From positions 1,107,153-1,171,152 of the forward strand of contig BDGG01000001.1 in assembly GCA_001949185.1 (NCBI GenBank): 64,000 nt of DNA, written 5' to 3'. This DNA comes from Ramazzottius varieornatus (taxonomy: Eukaryota; Animalia; Tardigrada). Below are positions 1 to 13,300 of the stretch, piece after piece. The first letter of the stretch is position 1. Every line of letters starts with the position of its first letter. A program made the translations under genes and the position numbers. The notes under the pieces were generated by a model. The model made no database searches. It was not told the origin of the DNA and saw only the letters and a program-made list of their open reading frames with translations.

Positions 1-3000
1 CGATGGACGGGTAACAGTACAAAACCGCGTAGCAGTGCGGAACCATACGGCAGCAGTGTGGCACGGCAGTACGGTTGCGCAACCGCAAGGAAGATTGGGA
101 GAAAAATTCCGTGCAGTACGCACCGTATAATTCTGGAACAGTGTCGCATCGCCTAGTAGCGCAGGCGCCCTAGCTGCCAGCATGAAGTTTGTGACTGATT
201 GCCTGTTCGGTCGGGTGTTTCTCTCTTAGAATTCACCGAATAAGCTGAGGTCGGTCATGTAACATGTGTTTTCGTGTGCTATAAGCCAGAGACGGAATTC
301 CCTTTTGATTTTAGCATCCTAGGCTTCAACCACTCCTTCAGAAACGCTGTTTTAATGACTGTGGTGAAATTTTCACCGATATTTTTCGGCGATGTACCAT
401 CTTTCTCGATCGAAAAAGCTTGATGGTTTGCTGTTTCCTAAGATATCTCAATTCAGAGGAAAAAATGCCGTTAAAACAAAATTTTCGTTGGGTATGCCGT
501 CCGCACAGCATATGGAACAGCGTTTGCAGCATGGTACCGCAAGAAAAAATTTCGGAAATAACCGCGTGCCGAACGTGCAGCAAGTTTCTGCGAGCCCGAA
601 GTATGGTTCGGGCTCGCTGATAAACACGACTCTCGAACTTCAGGAGAGGAGAAACTAAAGATTTTCGTTGAACACAGGAAGATAAAAATGAAAAATAGAT
701 TCTGAGAGATGCTAAATGGGGTGAACAGAAGGCACTATCCGAAAACCGAGGACAAAACCGCCCAAGTCAATGAAGCGAGACTGAACCAGCTGAGCACACT
801 TGTCCAAGAAAAATTTGCAACACGAAAAGCTCTAGACAGTCAAAAGAAGAGGCAAGAGAAAACTATCTGACTTCAGAAAGAAGACTGCAATTTCTTTCCG
901 GGAACTTTACACCGAATCTGCTAACAAAGACAGCGCGTCCTCCATTACTGAGTCATCCATCTCCAGGGAATAGCTGGAATCAAGACCAGATTCGTAGTCA
1001 GGCCCTGAGTGATTCAGAAAGGACTGCGGCGCTGAAGGAAGACTTTTGAGGTAATGGTCCAGAACAACGGCCACTAAAAAGAAAAATTCATACCATGTCA
1101 TAATAGTCACTTCAGAATGATTGAGTATAGGCAGCTCGATTAGTTCCGTACCGTCTCCTGGAGGAGAACAGCCAAGGTGGCGAACGCTTTTCCCCGACAG
1201 TTCACGCATCAAATAATCAAAGTTTCGCGTGCCGCTGGAAAAGAATATGAGTTGCTCGAATATGTTAATCCCTTTATCTTAGTTGTGTAACTTGGGGAAC
1301 TGCTAGACGAGTAAAGTAAACCGACGTTTGCGTTTGTAGATCGAAAACATCAGCATTCGGACTTGCAGGATCCTTCTGTGCAGTAAAGAACGATCCGGAA
1401 TAGCTGGTAGAGGGAGTCGCAGTGGGCGAAAGTGCGGTGAAGTACCGACCATCCGCGGATCTAACTCGAACCTCTCTGAAGAAAGAGAGGACACGCTACT
1501 CGATGCTTTGCCCAATACGAAGGGAATAACCAGCTTACTCTAAAGGACTTCCGGTCGGTGAAGTTTGTTTGAAGACGTCAATCAAGGACAATGGTGAGTC
1601 CAACGCCAGTATCTGTAGACTTCCGCCGGCAGCGATGTCCGGTATCGAAATCTCTTGAGCGCCACCGGAAATGGTAGCCCAGTCTGCAAGAACGTCCATC
1701 GTGGCTGGTTCTGCTTGGCTTGTCACTACAAGGGAAAAAATAAGGAGCGGGAACACCACAGATGAGCGCGCGGCAAACAGACTCAACAGAATCGTCTTCC
1801 CAAGCGGCGCACGTTTTGCGTCACTGCCCAAAAGGTGCGCCACTTGGGGAAAACCATGGTGCCGGGTTTTGTCATCCGAGCTCGCAAATTCAATGACTTT
1901 CGGAGTTCGTGCATTTCCACCCCGGATGGTATACGCAATCAGACGCCGGAGTCCGAGTGATAATTCCCGTAAACAGTCATACAGCAGTGTGCCGAGGCTG
2001 AGCTAAGAGGAAATCACTCACAGGTTTCTTCCACCTTCTGCGATCCATCCGCAGTTTCCGGCCTGGGATTCGCACCTCCGTTTGAGAGAACTGCAGTCTT
2101 CGAAGTCTTCTTTGTGGAGCGAGAGAGATTCTGATTCGCTTTGTTGCTATCTTTGAGCTGTTTATCCTGTAGTCGCTTCAGTCGACGCTTCTCGTTGGCC
2201 GCCATTCTTTTATCCTCTTTCACCGAATTCTTCTTCGCTCCAACCTTCTCCCCGTCATTAACAACGCCTGCCGCCATCATCCTGTAATGGCCAGATTGCT
2301 TTCTGGTACGACACGGACTATCCGTTTGGAACTTGGGGGTGAGGGAGTCCCTCAGACTTTCCAGCTCTGCGCTCAAACTTCGCCTGTAAGTTGATATGGA
2401 GTTCATAAATTCTTCAATATTCAACAAATCGGTTTCCGAGATTCCTTAGTAATCCTTACCGTTTTTGTTTTGTGGCAACTTGTGAAGAAGGTTCTTCCAC
2501 AGGTTTCTCTTCCTGGTGTGAAGTGGAAGCAACGCTTGCCAGCTGGGTTTTCTGGCCGCCGAACAGAAGAGAAGATTTGCGAGAGAATTTCTTCCTAAGC
2601 TTCTGAAGCATCGTCGGCTGCGCTTTCCCAGCTCTCGAGTCTCTCTTCTCACCAGTCAATTTCCGTACCCTAGACTGCTTCAGGTCCTCCGGCATCGTGT
2701 CCAACAGATCGCCACCTAACTCCAGGAAAAAAGCATCCTCTTGGCCGATGCACAGAAGCTGCCGATGAATGCGATACTCTTGGACGTCGAATGTCACCGG
2801 CTGTAAGGGCTGGAAGCGCTCGAAACACGGGTAAGTCTCGGTTTCACCTTTCCCCATCGGAAATGAATATCAAGGGTCAGGACATCATTCGGAAATCGGA
2901 AGCAGAAGGATAGTGGGGAAGACCGCATTTTTTAAGATTAATGCGATTTCTTTCTTACACAGGATGTGCCGTGTGCGGCAGGAAAGACGCGCCGGTTGAT

Positions 3001-3232
3001 CATCAAACGAGGTGGGTTGATTTACTGATTTGTTTATACAGTTCACGCTGAAACAGAGTCGCGAAATGAGCAGTCTTTCGAGTTTCTGATTGATGGTCTA
3101 GTGAGGAAGGTCACGAAAGTGCGATACATCTTGGCCAAGAAACAAATCAAAAGGCGCGAGCGTACTGCCTTTGATGTGAACGATATAGTGTGCCGTATGC
3201 AGGTGCAGGAGTGCGCACCACTGCCAGGATCT

Positions 3233-4566
3233 CTATGGTGCAGGTCCGTGCACTGAGCTTTGCGCAGTGCCAGCAGAGGATCTTGTCATCGTTGTGCCAG
3301 ACTTCCTTTCGCTCGGTGCCAATGGAGCTACGGTTGTTCTCTTCTTCTTCACAGGCTGCTTCACAAGACCAAGAGCTTGTGTTAATGCAGTTCGGTACCC
3401 CGTACTGATTATCAGGTAGATTAACTACGGAAAAGAGGATCACAGCTTCGTTCGGAAGATGCGGTAGAGGTAGGCTTCGGAAATCCAAGCCGCAAAGGTG
3501 TATTGTGACGTTATGGTAAAACCGCTGCACCAGCGTATCGGTCAGCTTTTAGTTCGCTTTGCGATGACGTCACAGGTAACCCTGTCTGGCAATGGCTTAG
3601 CAATGGCTCTACTCTCCAGATCGCGAATCATCGAGGAGGACTTACCGGATTGATCGCGAACTCAGCCACAAAGCCAACCTTCAGCCAGTAAGTCAAGCCT
3701 TGATACTGCACGAACAGCCTGGGAGCTACGGACCAGACAGCAGTGTAGGGAACTGCACACAGGCAGCACCAAATCAAGGAAGCCAGCATGGCTTTGGCAA
3801 TGACCAGTCGTTTCTTCAACACGGTTCCTCGTCTTTGAGGCTGCGGGGACATTCTCGCAGCCCTGATCTTGATAAACGCCGTGATGAATATAGGCACCGA
3901 AGCCACACCGACCAGAGCATAAGGTATGACTACCGTCAAGAAAACCAGAAATCCTCCGCGACGTTCGGTAACTCTAAGCGAACACAGTCCGTTGGACGAC
4001 CTCTCGAGAAGCCCTCCGAACTTCCCACTAGAATGTAGGCCGATATCGATGATGCTGATAGCCCAAGCTATGGCTATCATCAGGGCCGAAACCTTACGAC
4101 TTCCGACACGATTGTACTGATGAGGAAAGCAGATAGCAGCGAGGCGGTTGACGGCGAGGCAAACGTCGGCCCAGCTGGTGGCGGCGATGGCCACTTGGTA
4201 CATTGCGTAGAAGACGCAGTGGCCAGGATGGGGAAGAAGCCAGGTTAGGCCGAGGTAGCTAAAGTAGGTAGCGACCGTCACGCCGAAGGACAAGACGAGG
4301 GAAAGGAGGAAGCCGGCAAAGGCCAGGTTGGCCACGAGGAGCCGCGAACCCGGGCGCGATTGGCGGTCGTTGTACGCGGCAATGATGAGGGAAAGGTTCG
4401 TCAAGCCTCCGAAAAGGTGAAAAGTGGTGCTTAGCACGAACCAGCTGGTGATGCTGGACGGACTGGGTAGGGAAGGTTCTTCGAAACTGCCGTTGAAGTT
4501 TCCGAGAACGGTTGTGACATTGCTGCCTTTTGCAGAGTCGTTGGTTGACAGATCGAGGTACTTCAT
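3233..4566 (-). CDS. Class A (rhodopsin-like) 7TM GPCR, orphan; 2 exons (4566-3646, 3424-3233), ~370 aa
   Basis: Seven hydrophobic segments, N-terminal N-glycosylation sequons, LLVANLAFA (TM2), LAVNRLAAICFP (DRY variant NRL), CxxP in TM6; splicing at gtaagt/ccgtag completes the NPLIY motif and gives a basic cytoplasmic tail. Confidence 0.9.
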
Positions 4567-5514
4567 AGCTGACTGGGAATTGTGAAACTATGACAAGGTG
4601 TGCTCTGAACATCAGAACCGCAAGAAGAATATCTCAGTCAACAGTTTAAACAGCAATCGAGAATCGCGGTTATTTTTCTGGGGAAACGATTGGGACGCGA
4701 TGGAATTAATCTGTTTGACGCCGTGATCACGTGAAACAAGGGAAAAAGCAAGATTAATCCCCAAGAGGGAAACAACAAAAAGCAATCAGCCAGTGGAAGG
4801 TTTAGAGATTCTCCGGTATGAATTTTATGCTGAAGGTTAAGTGGATAAAGGTGTTGTCGCGGTTCCTGGTGACGCATCAGTTGACTTCAAGTGGGAATGA
4901 AGCCCATGAATAATTAGACGATTTTGATCAAGAGGGAGAGTATTCATCTGTTTCCTGTCCGCTCAGCAAGCTGTGACCTGGTCACAAAGATTTTTGTCAA
5001 GATCTGGTGTTGACTTCACCAACCAATAATAATTCCCGTATATGCGTCCCAGAATCACTCACGAGCCTCCCATCTCTCAGGTAACCCTGTACCCATATTT
5101 CGAGTTTGACTAAGCGATTTGTCCACCGCAAACCGCCAAGACAAGGCAATTTACCGGATGTAAAAAAACGCACGCAATGTCATGAAAAAGATGTGTGAAT
5201 ATTGTACACAATCGAAATGTGACTAAAAGTCGGAAGCCATACAGCACCGTAAAATCACACTGAAAAACTCTTCTTCATGGCTAAAACGAGAACAAATCTT
5301 TTGCCAGCAGAATAAGCTTGAGGAGAGTAACCAATAAATACATAGTATACAACTTAGTCGACACTCAAGCTTTCTGTACCACCCCCGCATAAATTGTAGG
5401 CTACCCAGACTCTGTAAAGGTTTCTCCTGAGCCCGCCCGAACCTACAACGGTGCGGAAGCAGTTGTAAAGTCTAGTTTCGCGTACTCGAAGGAATTAAAA
5501 AACCCGCACCTGTA

Positions 5515-8500
5515 TTAAAAGCCCAAAGGATGCTCCTGTACAGCCCCGCCCTTCTCGCACATCTGCTGCGCCAGTTCGGCCATGGCCTTGAAATTACCAA
5601 CGTCGCGCTTCGACTTTGTCATGAGGAGGTTCGCCGTTACTCTTTGCGCCGCCTATAAGAAAGATTCACTCGATAATGCCAATAAAAAACAAAATAAGGA
5701 GTGTCTTCTTACTTCGTGACAGAAAGTGTTGACCAGCTTCACTTCGAAATCTACAGTCTCCTTATTATCCTGTAGCGACTTTGTTACTCGCGAAAGAATA
5801 ACGGCCATACTGTACAGGTCGATCGCCGCGTCGGCGACTCTCTTCAGGATGAACTGCTCATCTGAAATTCAGCCAAGAAGAAAATTGATTTCATGAGATA
5901 AACTCATTTGGGAGTTCGGTAAAAAAATCCGACCAAATATCGTTTCACCAAATGGCGCACTCCTCCAGTGTTATATAGCTGTAAACGTGCGCCACTTTGG
6001 AAAACGATCTAGTCGAATCTGGTCAACGAGCTCTCACTTGCCGGATATTTTCCCCCCAATGCTCTTACCGACAATATTCGTTCGGTACTTGACCAGCAAG
6101 TTCTCGATGGTCTCGCCGAACATGCCAATACCGACAGCCAGCATCTGAGCCGAATCCTTGAGTTTTCCATCGACTTGACCATCCAACGATGGACCGCCAC
6201 TTCGTACTCCGATCTTCCTCAGACCGCGAGTCATGCCTTCGTTCAAGACTAGACCAAGGTTACCCATTGGGTTTTTCATAGCCTTCTGGAGTTCTCGAAG
6301 GTGTCCACCCGCGTACTGCACACCAGTCAGAGCGACGAAGAGCCTGAGGATGTCGTTGGAGCCTTCGAAGATTCTGAAGATGCGCAGGTCGCGAAGTACT
6401 CTCTCGAGGCCAGTCTCTTTCATGAAACCCATGCCACCGAACAGCTGAATGGCTTCATCGGTGGTGAACCTGTTAACGGAGATCGTCAAATATCGGTAAA
6501 TCAGCGTGCGTAGGCTAATCAGTTGCGTCGAACAGTATGCAGGTACATGTCTTCGAAACATGCGTCAGCACTGTCATTCACCTACATACTCCATACGAGA
6601 CCAACATCAGCCACTCCCGTATGCTGGTACACAACTTTCACAAAAGCGCCCAACCATTATGCAACCGCATACACATTAGCTATTTTCAAGGACTGTGTCA
6701 GTATGGGGGGTGTATGTCGGAGCCAAACGAGATGATAGAATCCTTACTTGGACACAGTGAAACTTACCAGGCAGCTTCTGAGCCGTAGATTTTACTGATG
6801 GCGGCTTCCAGCTGAAAGTCCTGATGCTTCTGGTCCATGATACCACTGATGTGGTACGCCATGGACTCGGTAACGTACTGGACCATCTGCATACGAGCCA
6901 GCTTTTCCTGGATGGCACCGTAGCTGTTGATGAGGTTCCCGAACTGGTAGCGGCTGTTGGCTTGATCGACGCACTTCTTGATCACCGCTCGCATCGTTCC
7001 CGACATGGCAGCGGCCATACCGAACCGGCCGTTATTCAGGATGGCCATCGCGACCTAGAAGCCCGATTATTACAGCCGTGAACCCAAATAAAAGCCCGGG
7101 AAACAAACTCGACGAGATCGTTCATCTGAGTGGCGCAGGTTTGCGGTGTTAATGACGTAAAGAGTGCGCCACTTAGTGAACGATTCGATCCAGTTCACCC
7201 ACTGAGCTCCAAGATGGTTCTCAATTAGCGGCGTGTTCCAAAGTCGAACAAGTGCAGACCTCCGAGAGTAAATGACTTGAAACACAAACCTTGAAACCGT
7301 TTCCGACACCGCCCAGGACATTTTCCACGGGGATCTTGACGTCGTCAAAGTACAGCTCGGTGGTGTTGGAGCACTTGATGCCCATCTTCTTCTCAGGCGC
7401 TCCGTTCTTCACACCCATGCCTCGCTCGACGATGAAGGCGGTAATCTTTTCCTTGACGTTACCTTCTTCATCCTTTACGTCCGTCTGCCAAAGACAAGGG
7501 AAACGAGACGATTTTAACCAGGAACCCATGAGGCATTAACCTGCATAATTATCGAACGTGAATTCTTACCTGGGCAAAGACGGTGAAGATTTCAGCGATG
7601 CCGCCATTAGAAATCCAGATTTTCTGGCCATTGAGGATGTAATTTTTGCCGTCTGGAGAGAGGACTGCCTTAGAGCGGATGCTGGCGGCGTCACTTCCGG
7701 CGCTGGGTTCTGTCAAGGAGAAGGCAGCGAAGTGCTCGCCAGTGGCCAGCTTGGGCAGGTACTTCCTCTTCTGCTCTTCCGTACCGGCTAGCATGATACC
7801 CTTGAAGCCAATGGACTGGTGGGAACCCAGGAAGATGCCAATGCCCAGATCGTTCGCGCCAACGATCTCGACCAACCGAGCATACTGTGTGTTGTTGCAA
7901 CCTAAGTATGAGAAATATTCCAAACAATTAATCCCAAATATTTTATTCGGCTGACGCATTTCTAAAAACACCTCAGAAGTTTTAACTACGAAGTACCTAA
8001 GCCGTTGTACTCGGGAGGCACTTGGAGTCCGAAAGCGCCCAGCTCAGCCAACTGCTTCGTCACTTCCGGCGGAACTTCCGCCTTCTCGTCGTTCAGCGCT
8101 GGGTTGACGCCCTCAGCGAAAAACTTTGTGGTTGGCTCCACGAAAGACTGCAGAGTCGAACGTTGTTCTTCGTCCAAAACATTCGGGTACGGGAATATCT
8201 AAAACCAGCATTCAAACAGATCAAACACTGAAAACTAGCTGAAGACTGAAGTCATGAAATTCATACCTGCTCTGTTACAGCTCGCCCACGGAACAAATTT
8301 GCCACGAAAGACTTGGACTCCATCGCCTTCTTTTCCATCCTAGCCTTCTTGTCCCGTGTTGGCTTAACATCTTTCGTTGCATAACTGCCCTTTCCAGCCG
8401 TAGCTAAAACAGAAAACTATGAGGAAAAGCAACTCTACCCGCGGGACACGTACATGCATACACAATGCTACAGCATTCTACCGAGTGCGTGAATGCAGGT

Positions 8501-8874
8501 GAAGGATCATGAAAAAACGTAGAGAAGAGACCAAAACCATCATGTTCCTGCATACACGCGGAACACTATGCTGGCTAGGGGCTACAGTACGCAGGCGCCC
8601 GATACTCACCTGATTCCTTTGAGCTAGACTTTGCGAGCCTTGGGATGGATTCGCTTCTGCTTGGCCTTTCATTGTACGCTTCCTTTCGTTGGGGAGCAGC
8701 GGCAGCGTACAAATCAGTGCTGGAACTGCGAAAACATCATCCATCAGGGCATGATGAAGCAGATAAATTCCCATTCTGCAAACGATGAATTTACCTAGTT
8801 ACGGTGGAGGAAGAGCGCAGTAGAATGTGAGCAGGCGCTCTGGCAATTCTGGCTAACGTCGACATCTGCTGCAT
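5515..8874 (-). CDS. ACADVL: Very-long-chain acyl-CoA dehydrogenase, mitochondrial; multi-exon
   Basis: Presequence [14 protein letters not shown]; [12 protein letters not shown]; [16 protein letters not shown]; [12 protein letters not shown]; [11 protein letters not shown]; ILNNGRFGM; [11 protein letters not shown]; [17 protein letters not shown]; C-terminus QEHPLGF* typical of VLCAD. Confidence 0.95.
5944..6004. repeat. Copy of the ~60-bp dispersed palindrome (GGCGCAC-N~25-GTGCGCC family), ACADVL intron
   Basis: ccaaatggcgcac...gtgcgccactttggaaa. Confidence 0.75.
7125..7180. repeat. Dispersed palindrome copy, ACADVL intron
   Basis: ctgagtggcgcag...gtgcgccacttag. Confidence 0.75.
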
Positions 8875-9019
8875 CTTGAAGGAATTAGTGAAAATATTCC
8901 AAAGGCGGATCTGGGATGAGGACCCGTTGGGTGGAAAGTTCAGAGATGAGCAAAGTACAGAATGATGAATGATCTTCTAATTTCTTCCAAGAAAACAAAT
9001 GAGCGTCGACGTCGTCTGG

Positions 9020-9053
9020 TGACGTCAAGTCATGTGCCGCGTCAGTTACGTCA
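9020..9053. promoter_or_regulatory. CRE (TGACGTCA, 9020-9027) and CRE-like TTACGTCA (9046-9053) in the ~400-bp divergent promoter between ACADVL and the orphan mitochondrial gene
   Basis: Motifs read directly, in a CpG-rich patch between two head-to-head ATGs (8874 minus, 9280 plus); function is inferred. Confidence 0.4.
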
Positions 9054-9279
9054 GGACCGACCGTCGACTTGATGGACAGCGCCGTCCAACTACAATGATT
9101 GCCGAAGGGAAAAGGGAGGAGCGATAATCGTACCTTAATTGATTTAAGGTTGTTGATTGAATGTAAACGAGAGAATCTTCAATCCTCTTTGCTGGGAGGA
9201 TTCCACAATCTCCCATTTTCCGCTTTTCTGTCCTGAGATCTTTTTTGTTGCGGGTGGAATCATCGAGCGTCGGACTAGG

Positions 9280-10112
9280 ATGAGTCGTTTTGTATGCGTG
9301 TCAGTGCGGAGAAACCTCCTATCCAACAGCAATGGGTGCCACTTCGCACCTCGGCGCTTCATGGCAGGCAACACTGAAAGAGGAGGATTCAACGAGGAAG
9401 GGAGTCCCAAGCCAAAGCATTCGTCCGTAGCTGGACAATCCAACACCAATCCTAATGCGAACACTGGACAACACAGGGAGCCTTCTTACGGAAGTTCAAG
9501 CTCCGTCTATTCAGGTGAGAAGTCTTGTCAGAGTACATCATTAACATGCATACAGGATGTCACTATAAATGCAGGTGACCTGATGCATGCATGTGCATGT
9601 CTTTGCGGATGATCGGGATGCGACACGCACAGGGTATCTCATCGTACCGATGGGTAACGGTGTCGGTCTCTGTATCTACGTGTCTCATGTTGAAATATGA
9701 CGTTCCAGATCATCGGATGGAGTCCCAAGACACGATAGATCGCCGGAAAGAGAACTTAGCATCTGGACCAAAGAGTGCCCAAGACTTTGCCAAGGCCATG
9801 ATAGAAGAAAACAAGACAAACGCTGCCAAGCTGGCCGCCCGCTTGAAAGATGGCTATCTAACAGAAGACGATCGCGACTTACCCGAAGGAAAGCCACATG
9901 ATTGGAGGGCAGAAACTGGGCAAATTACCGAGAAACGCCGCGATAAAGAACATGCAATATCGAGCATGCCTGAACATCTGAAACCTATTGATAAAAAGGC
10001 CGGGATCGAACCCATCCCTAAGTTGACCGATGAGATGCACGCGCCTAGTCGGCATGAGCCGGTGGAAAGAGGATATAATTCTGATAAAAATGACATAACA
10101 CGAAATTTATAA
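9280..10112 (+). CDS. Orphan hydrophilic protein with predicted mitochondrial presequence; exons 9280-9514 and 9709-10112, ~212 aa
   Basis: N-terminus MSRFVCVSVRRNLLSNSNGCHFAPRRFM is Arg/Ser-rich with no acidic residues; phase-1 donor gtgaga and acceptor ttccag join in frame; mature part is rich in D/E/K/R/G/S/P with no hydrophobic segment. Confidence 0.7.
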
Positions 10113-10341
10113 TCTGTTCATATTCGCTGCGTCTTCTGTCCCTCTTCAACCGAGCTGCGTTCGCTGTACTAAATTTATGCTGTTCTCATGCGGTATTCTT
10201 CCAGACGAAAGAGTACTGATGTGATCAAGCAAGTACAACAGTAAATTTTCCCGGTTTTTGTGCGGGAATTTGTGGCACCTGAAGGCCACGAAAGCTTAAA
10301 CGGTATGCAAAACTATTCATCATGGTGAGAAGAGAGAATTT

Positions 10342-13300
10342 TCAACCTAGACGCGGAAGTAGATCTTCGATGGAATAATCTGGTTCTTCATCCTTCCCTC
10401 GAGTCTGTCGAACCGCTGACGGCGAAGAGTCGTCACCAGCCTCACCAGTAAAACTTGAGAAATCGTTCAACATGGAAAAAAGGCCGGCAGTAGCGACAGA
10501 GCTGACAGGTCTCAACGACATGCAACTTCCGGGTCGCGCCAAACACATGCGCGAGAACAAGGAAGGGGCGGGAGAACGCCCTGGATCTCCGGCAGCCTGC
10601 TGAATCTCTTCAATCTGTCGCTGTTGCTCCTGCAGCTCGTCCAGCTTAGCTCGAAATCGCAGGACTTGTTGCGCTGGAACATTCAACTTCCAACACAAGC
10701 TTAGCAGCAACTGTAGACCTGGAATCATTATAGAACCAAGATCAATGGGATGGTCGCCGCGTTCTTTTATCTCATTTCCTTACAAGGAATATCTTCAGGG
10801 TGGCTTTCGTGAGTTTTGAGGCATAAATCGAAGGCTTCGGTAACGCGCCCGCCTCTTCGCATCGCAGTCGCCATCAAAACTTGCCATGTCGCATTATTCG
10901 GTCTGAAAAGTGATACATGTGTTATCGCTGGTTTCCCTGAGAGGTTGAATGTACCTCTTACTCGATGCGAAAAGCTTCAGCATAAAATTTCAACGCCTTT
11001 TCCGGCATGTCCTTTTCGACCGAGTACCGTGCTAACCACTCGATGACCGTGAGGTCCGTCGGATCTAGACTGTGTGCACGATTGTAATGCCAGGCCGCGG
11101 TGTCGTCATCGCCCAGTGAAGCAGCCAGCCATCCAATACGACTATATAACGCCACACTGTCCTCGCCGTCTACACGGACGCTGAGGAGCGTGTGGAGTGC
11201 CGATGTTGTGTCTCCTTGCAGACTTTGTCTGTGAGAAGCAGTCCGGGTAACGTTAGTTTCATGCTTGGTGGTCGTCGGGAGAGAACCTTACAGGTCGGAA
11301 ACCTCCAGAGCGATATCGCAAGTCCACGGTCGATCCAGCGAAAGCATAGCTGAGAGTGCTTCGTCATTCCTTCCAATTGCTTTCAGGGTCAGACCTACGT
11401 TTCGGTAGAAAACAGGGTTTGTTTTTCATCTTCGTACGACTTGAATGAATGTGCTGTGTACCTTTGTAGAGTAGTCGTTTGTTGTTCAAGTCGGCGTCCT
11501 CGCACCCCAAGCTGCTGAAACACTGTAGCGCCGCGTCGTGATTTCCCATAGCGAAATGCGCACAACCAAGGTTCAAACGACCTACATGCAAGGCCAAATA
11601 AAGTCTGCAAACGTCCAACGATGGAACCAAGTACTTGCCGCCAGGATCTTCCGGGACGGCATCATGAGCTTTGTTGGCGTGTTCTAAAGACTGCTCGAAG
11701 AGTCCCAACTAAAAACAGCACGAGGAAGCGGTCAGTTTTCAGTCAGGACCGAATTAAAGTAGCACTGAGCACCGATCGAGCCGGAAGTCGATACCTGGAA
11801 GTAAGTCCAACAGCGTAAGGTTGATACTTCGAAGAGCAAATTGCTGCTCAAGTCCAAACAATCGAAGTCGGATATTTTTTCCAGAACCTAAACGAGAAAG
11901 ATTTCGGTTTGTTGTACAAACAAAGTAATGAAGGGCGGTGCTGAAAAGACACCGCATCACATCATAGTGGCGCATGACGTATTTGCAGACCATGCATCAG
12001 CCTCCTGATCAGAGCATATACCGCGCGGATTGGTTTGGGAACAGCCGAGGCTTTCAGTAATAATCACCTGTTGTACGTCACCGTTTTCGAGCAGGTCAAA
12101 GCAATGCTGTAGGTCCATTTCCGTCGCGACCGACTGCCACGACGAACGCTTCAACTCGTCTTCAGTCCATTCTGGCGAAACACCCAAAGCCAGCATCAGC
12201 TGTGTCGCGTTTTTTGTCAAGTCTGTACAACTGGAGTGAAGTGCGGAAGGTGGCGAGCACTGCGAGCAATGAATATACAGTAGCTTATGGTATGCGTCTT
12301 GGATCTTCTCCCAAGTAGCTTCTGTCTTCACTAGGAAGAGAAGGCGACGAAAGGACGCCTCGTGGTTGTCGTTAGCCTCCGCAACGATCTCGTTGTACTT
12401 GAAGGCCAAATCGTAGCGACCCAGTGCGGAATAACAAGTGGTTAGTTGGCTGATCAAGAAGTTCCTGGAAAACAAATCGTAGAGAAACACAGCTAGTGCA
12501 GGATTTCATCCGCCTCCCGAACCTAAAGGGAATTTCTTGCAATTCGACATTTCCTGCCTCTCTTCTTGAATATTACAGTGCTAAAACAAGTCTCTTAAAT
12601 TTTTGGAGTTTTTTAATCTGAAACGCTCTGGGTACTGTACCATTCCGAGCCAGAAGAAAAGACGTTATCATCGAACAGAGTCAGCCAGATCTGCAACGCT
12701 TTGTCGAAGTCGCCATTTTCTTGGTACAATGTTGCAAGAGAAATGTTCACGGTTGTAAGGTCTCCCTCGTGCTGGGTAGTTTGCCGCAACAAGTTCAGAA
12801 AAACCTTTTCGGCCTGTCGAAACTTGCCGGCGAGAGCCAATGTCTGTCCGTAGTGGAGAGTGACCTGTACGACGTCCCACAAAATTCACAAAATGAGTAT
12901 TTAAGCTATGGTATTACAGTAGAAGCCCGCTATTTAAGTCATACCTTAAGTATCAGCGAGCTCAATGACAAATCGCTATCTTCGCCGTGGCGGAAGTTAG
13001 CTGCCTGATGCTGCAAACGATTGCAGAGTCGTGCGGCTTCTTTTGATTTTTCCAAAGCCTGGAAAATGACGAGACCATTGAAACGATCTGCTCCTCACTA
13101 ACGTGCACGTGTACATGTACCAGTGATTTGCTTACTTCGTCGATCTTGCCTTCTGCTCCAAGATAGATGCTGTCCACCAGGACACTCTCGAGTACTGCTT
13201 GGGGAGCATCCGACCCTTGGTCTTCCTCTCTGCTGGAAAAAACACTACATAAGCAAAGTACTATGGAATAACAAGATTGAGAAACGTCCACTGAAAGGAT

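Noticed and set aside
1-130. Recurring gcagt(a/g)c motif resembling a repeat array
   Set aside because: Irregular period, no constant repeat/spacer structure, truncated by the window edge; not CRISPR-like
907-2857. Chain of minus-strand ORFs, possibly one spliced or decayed gene or retroelement ORF1
   Set aside because: No recognisable domain, and no consistent splice model could be built
3147-3530. 127-aa minus ORF
   Set aside because: Alternative frame over GPCR exon 2; the true frame completes NPLIY
9280-10112. Assignment to MAHS, CAHS, SAHS, LEA or Dsup
   Set aside because: No recalled family motif matches; only composition and targeting are analogous
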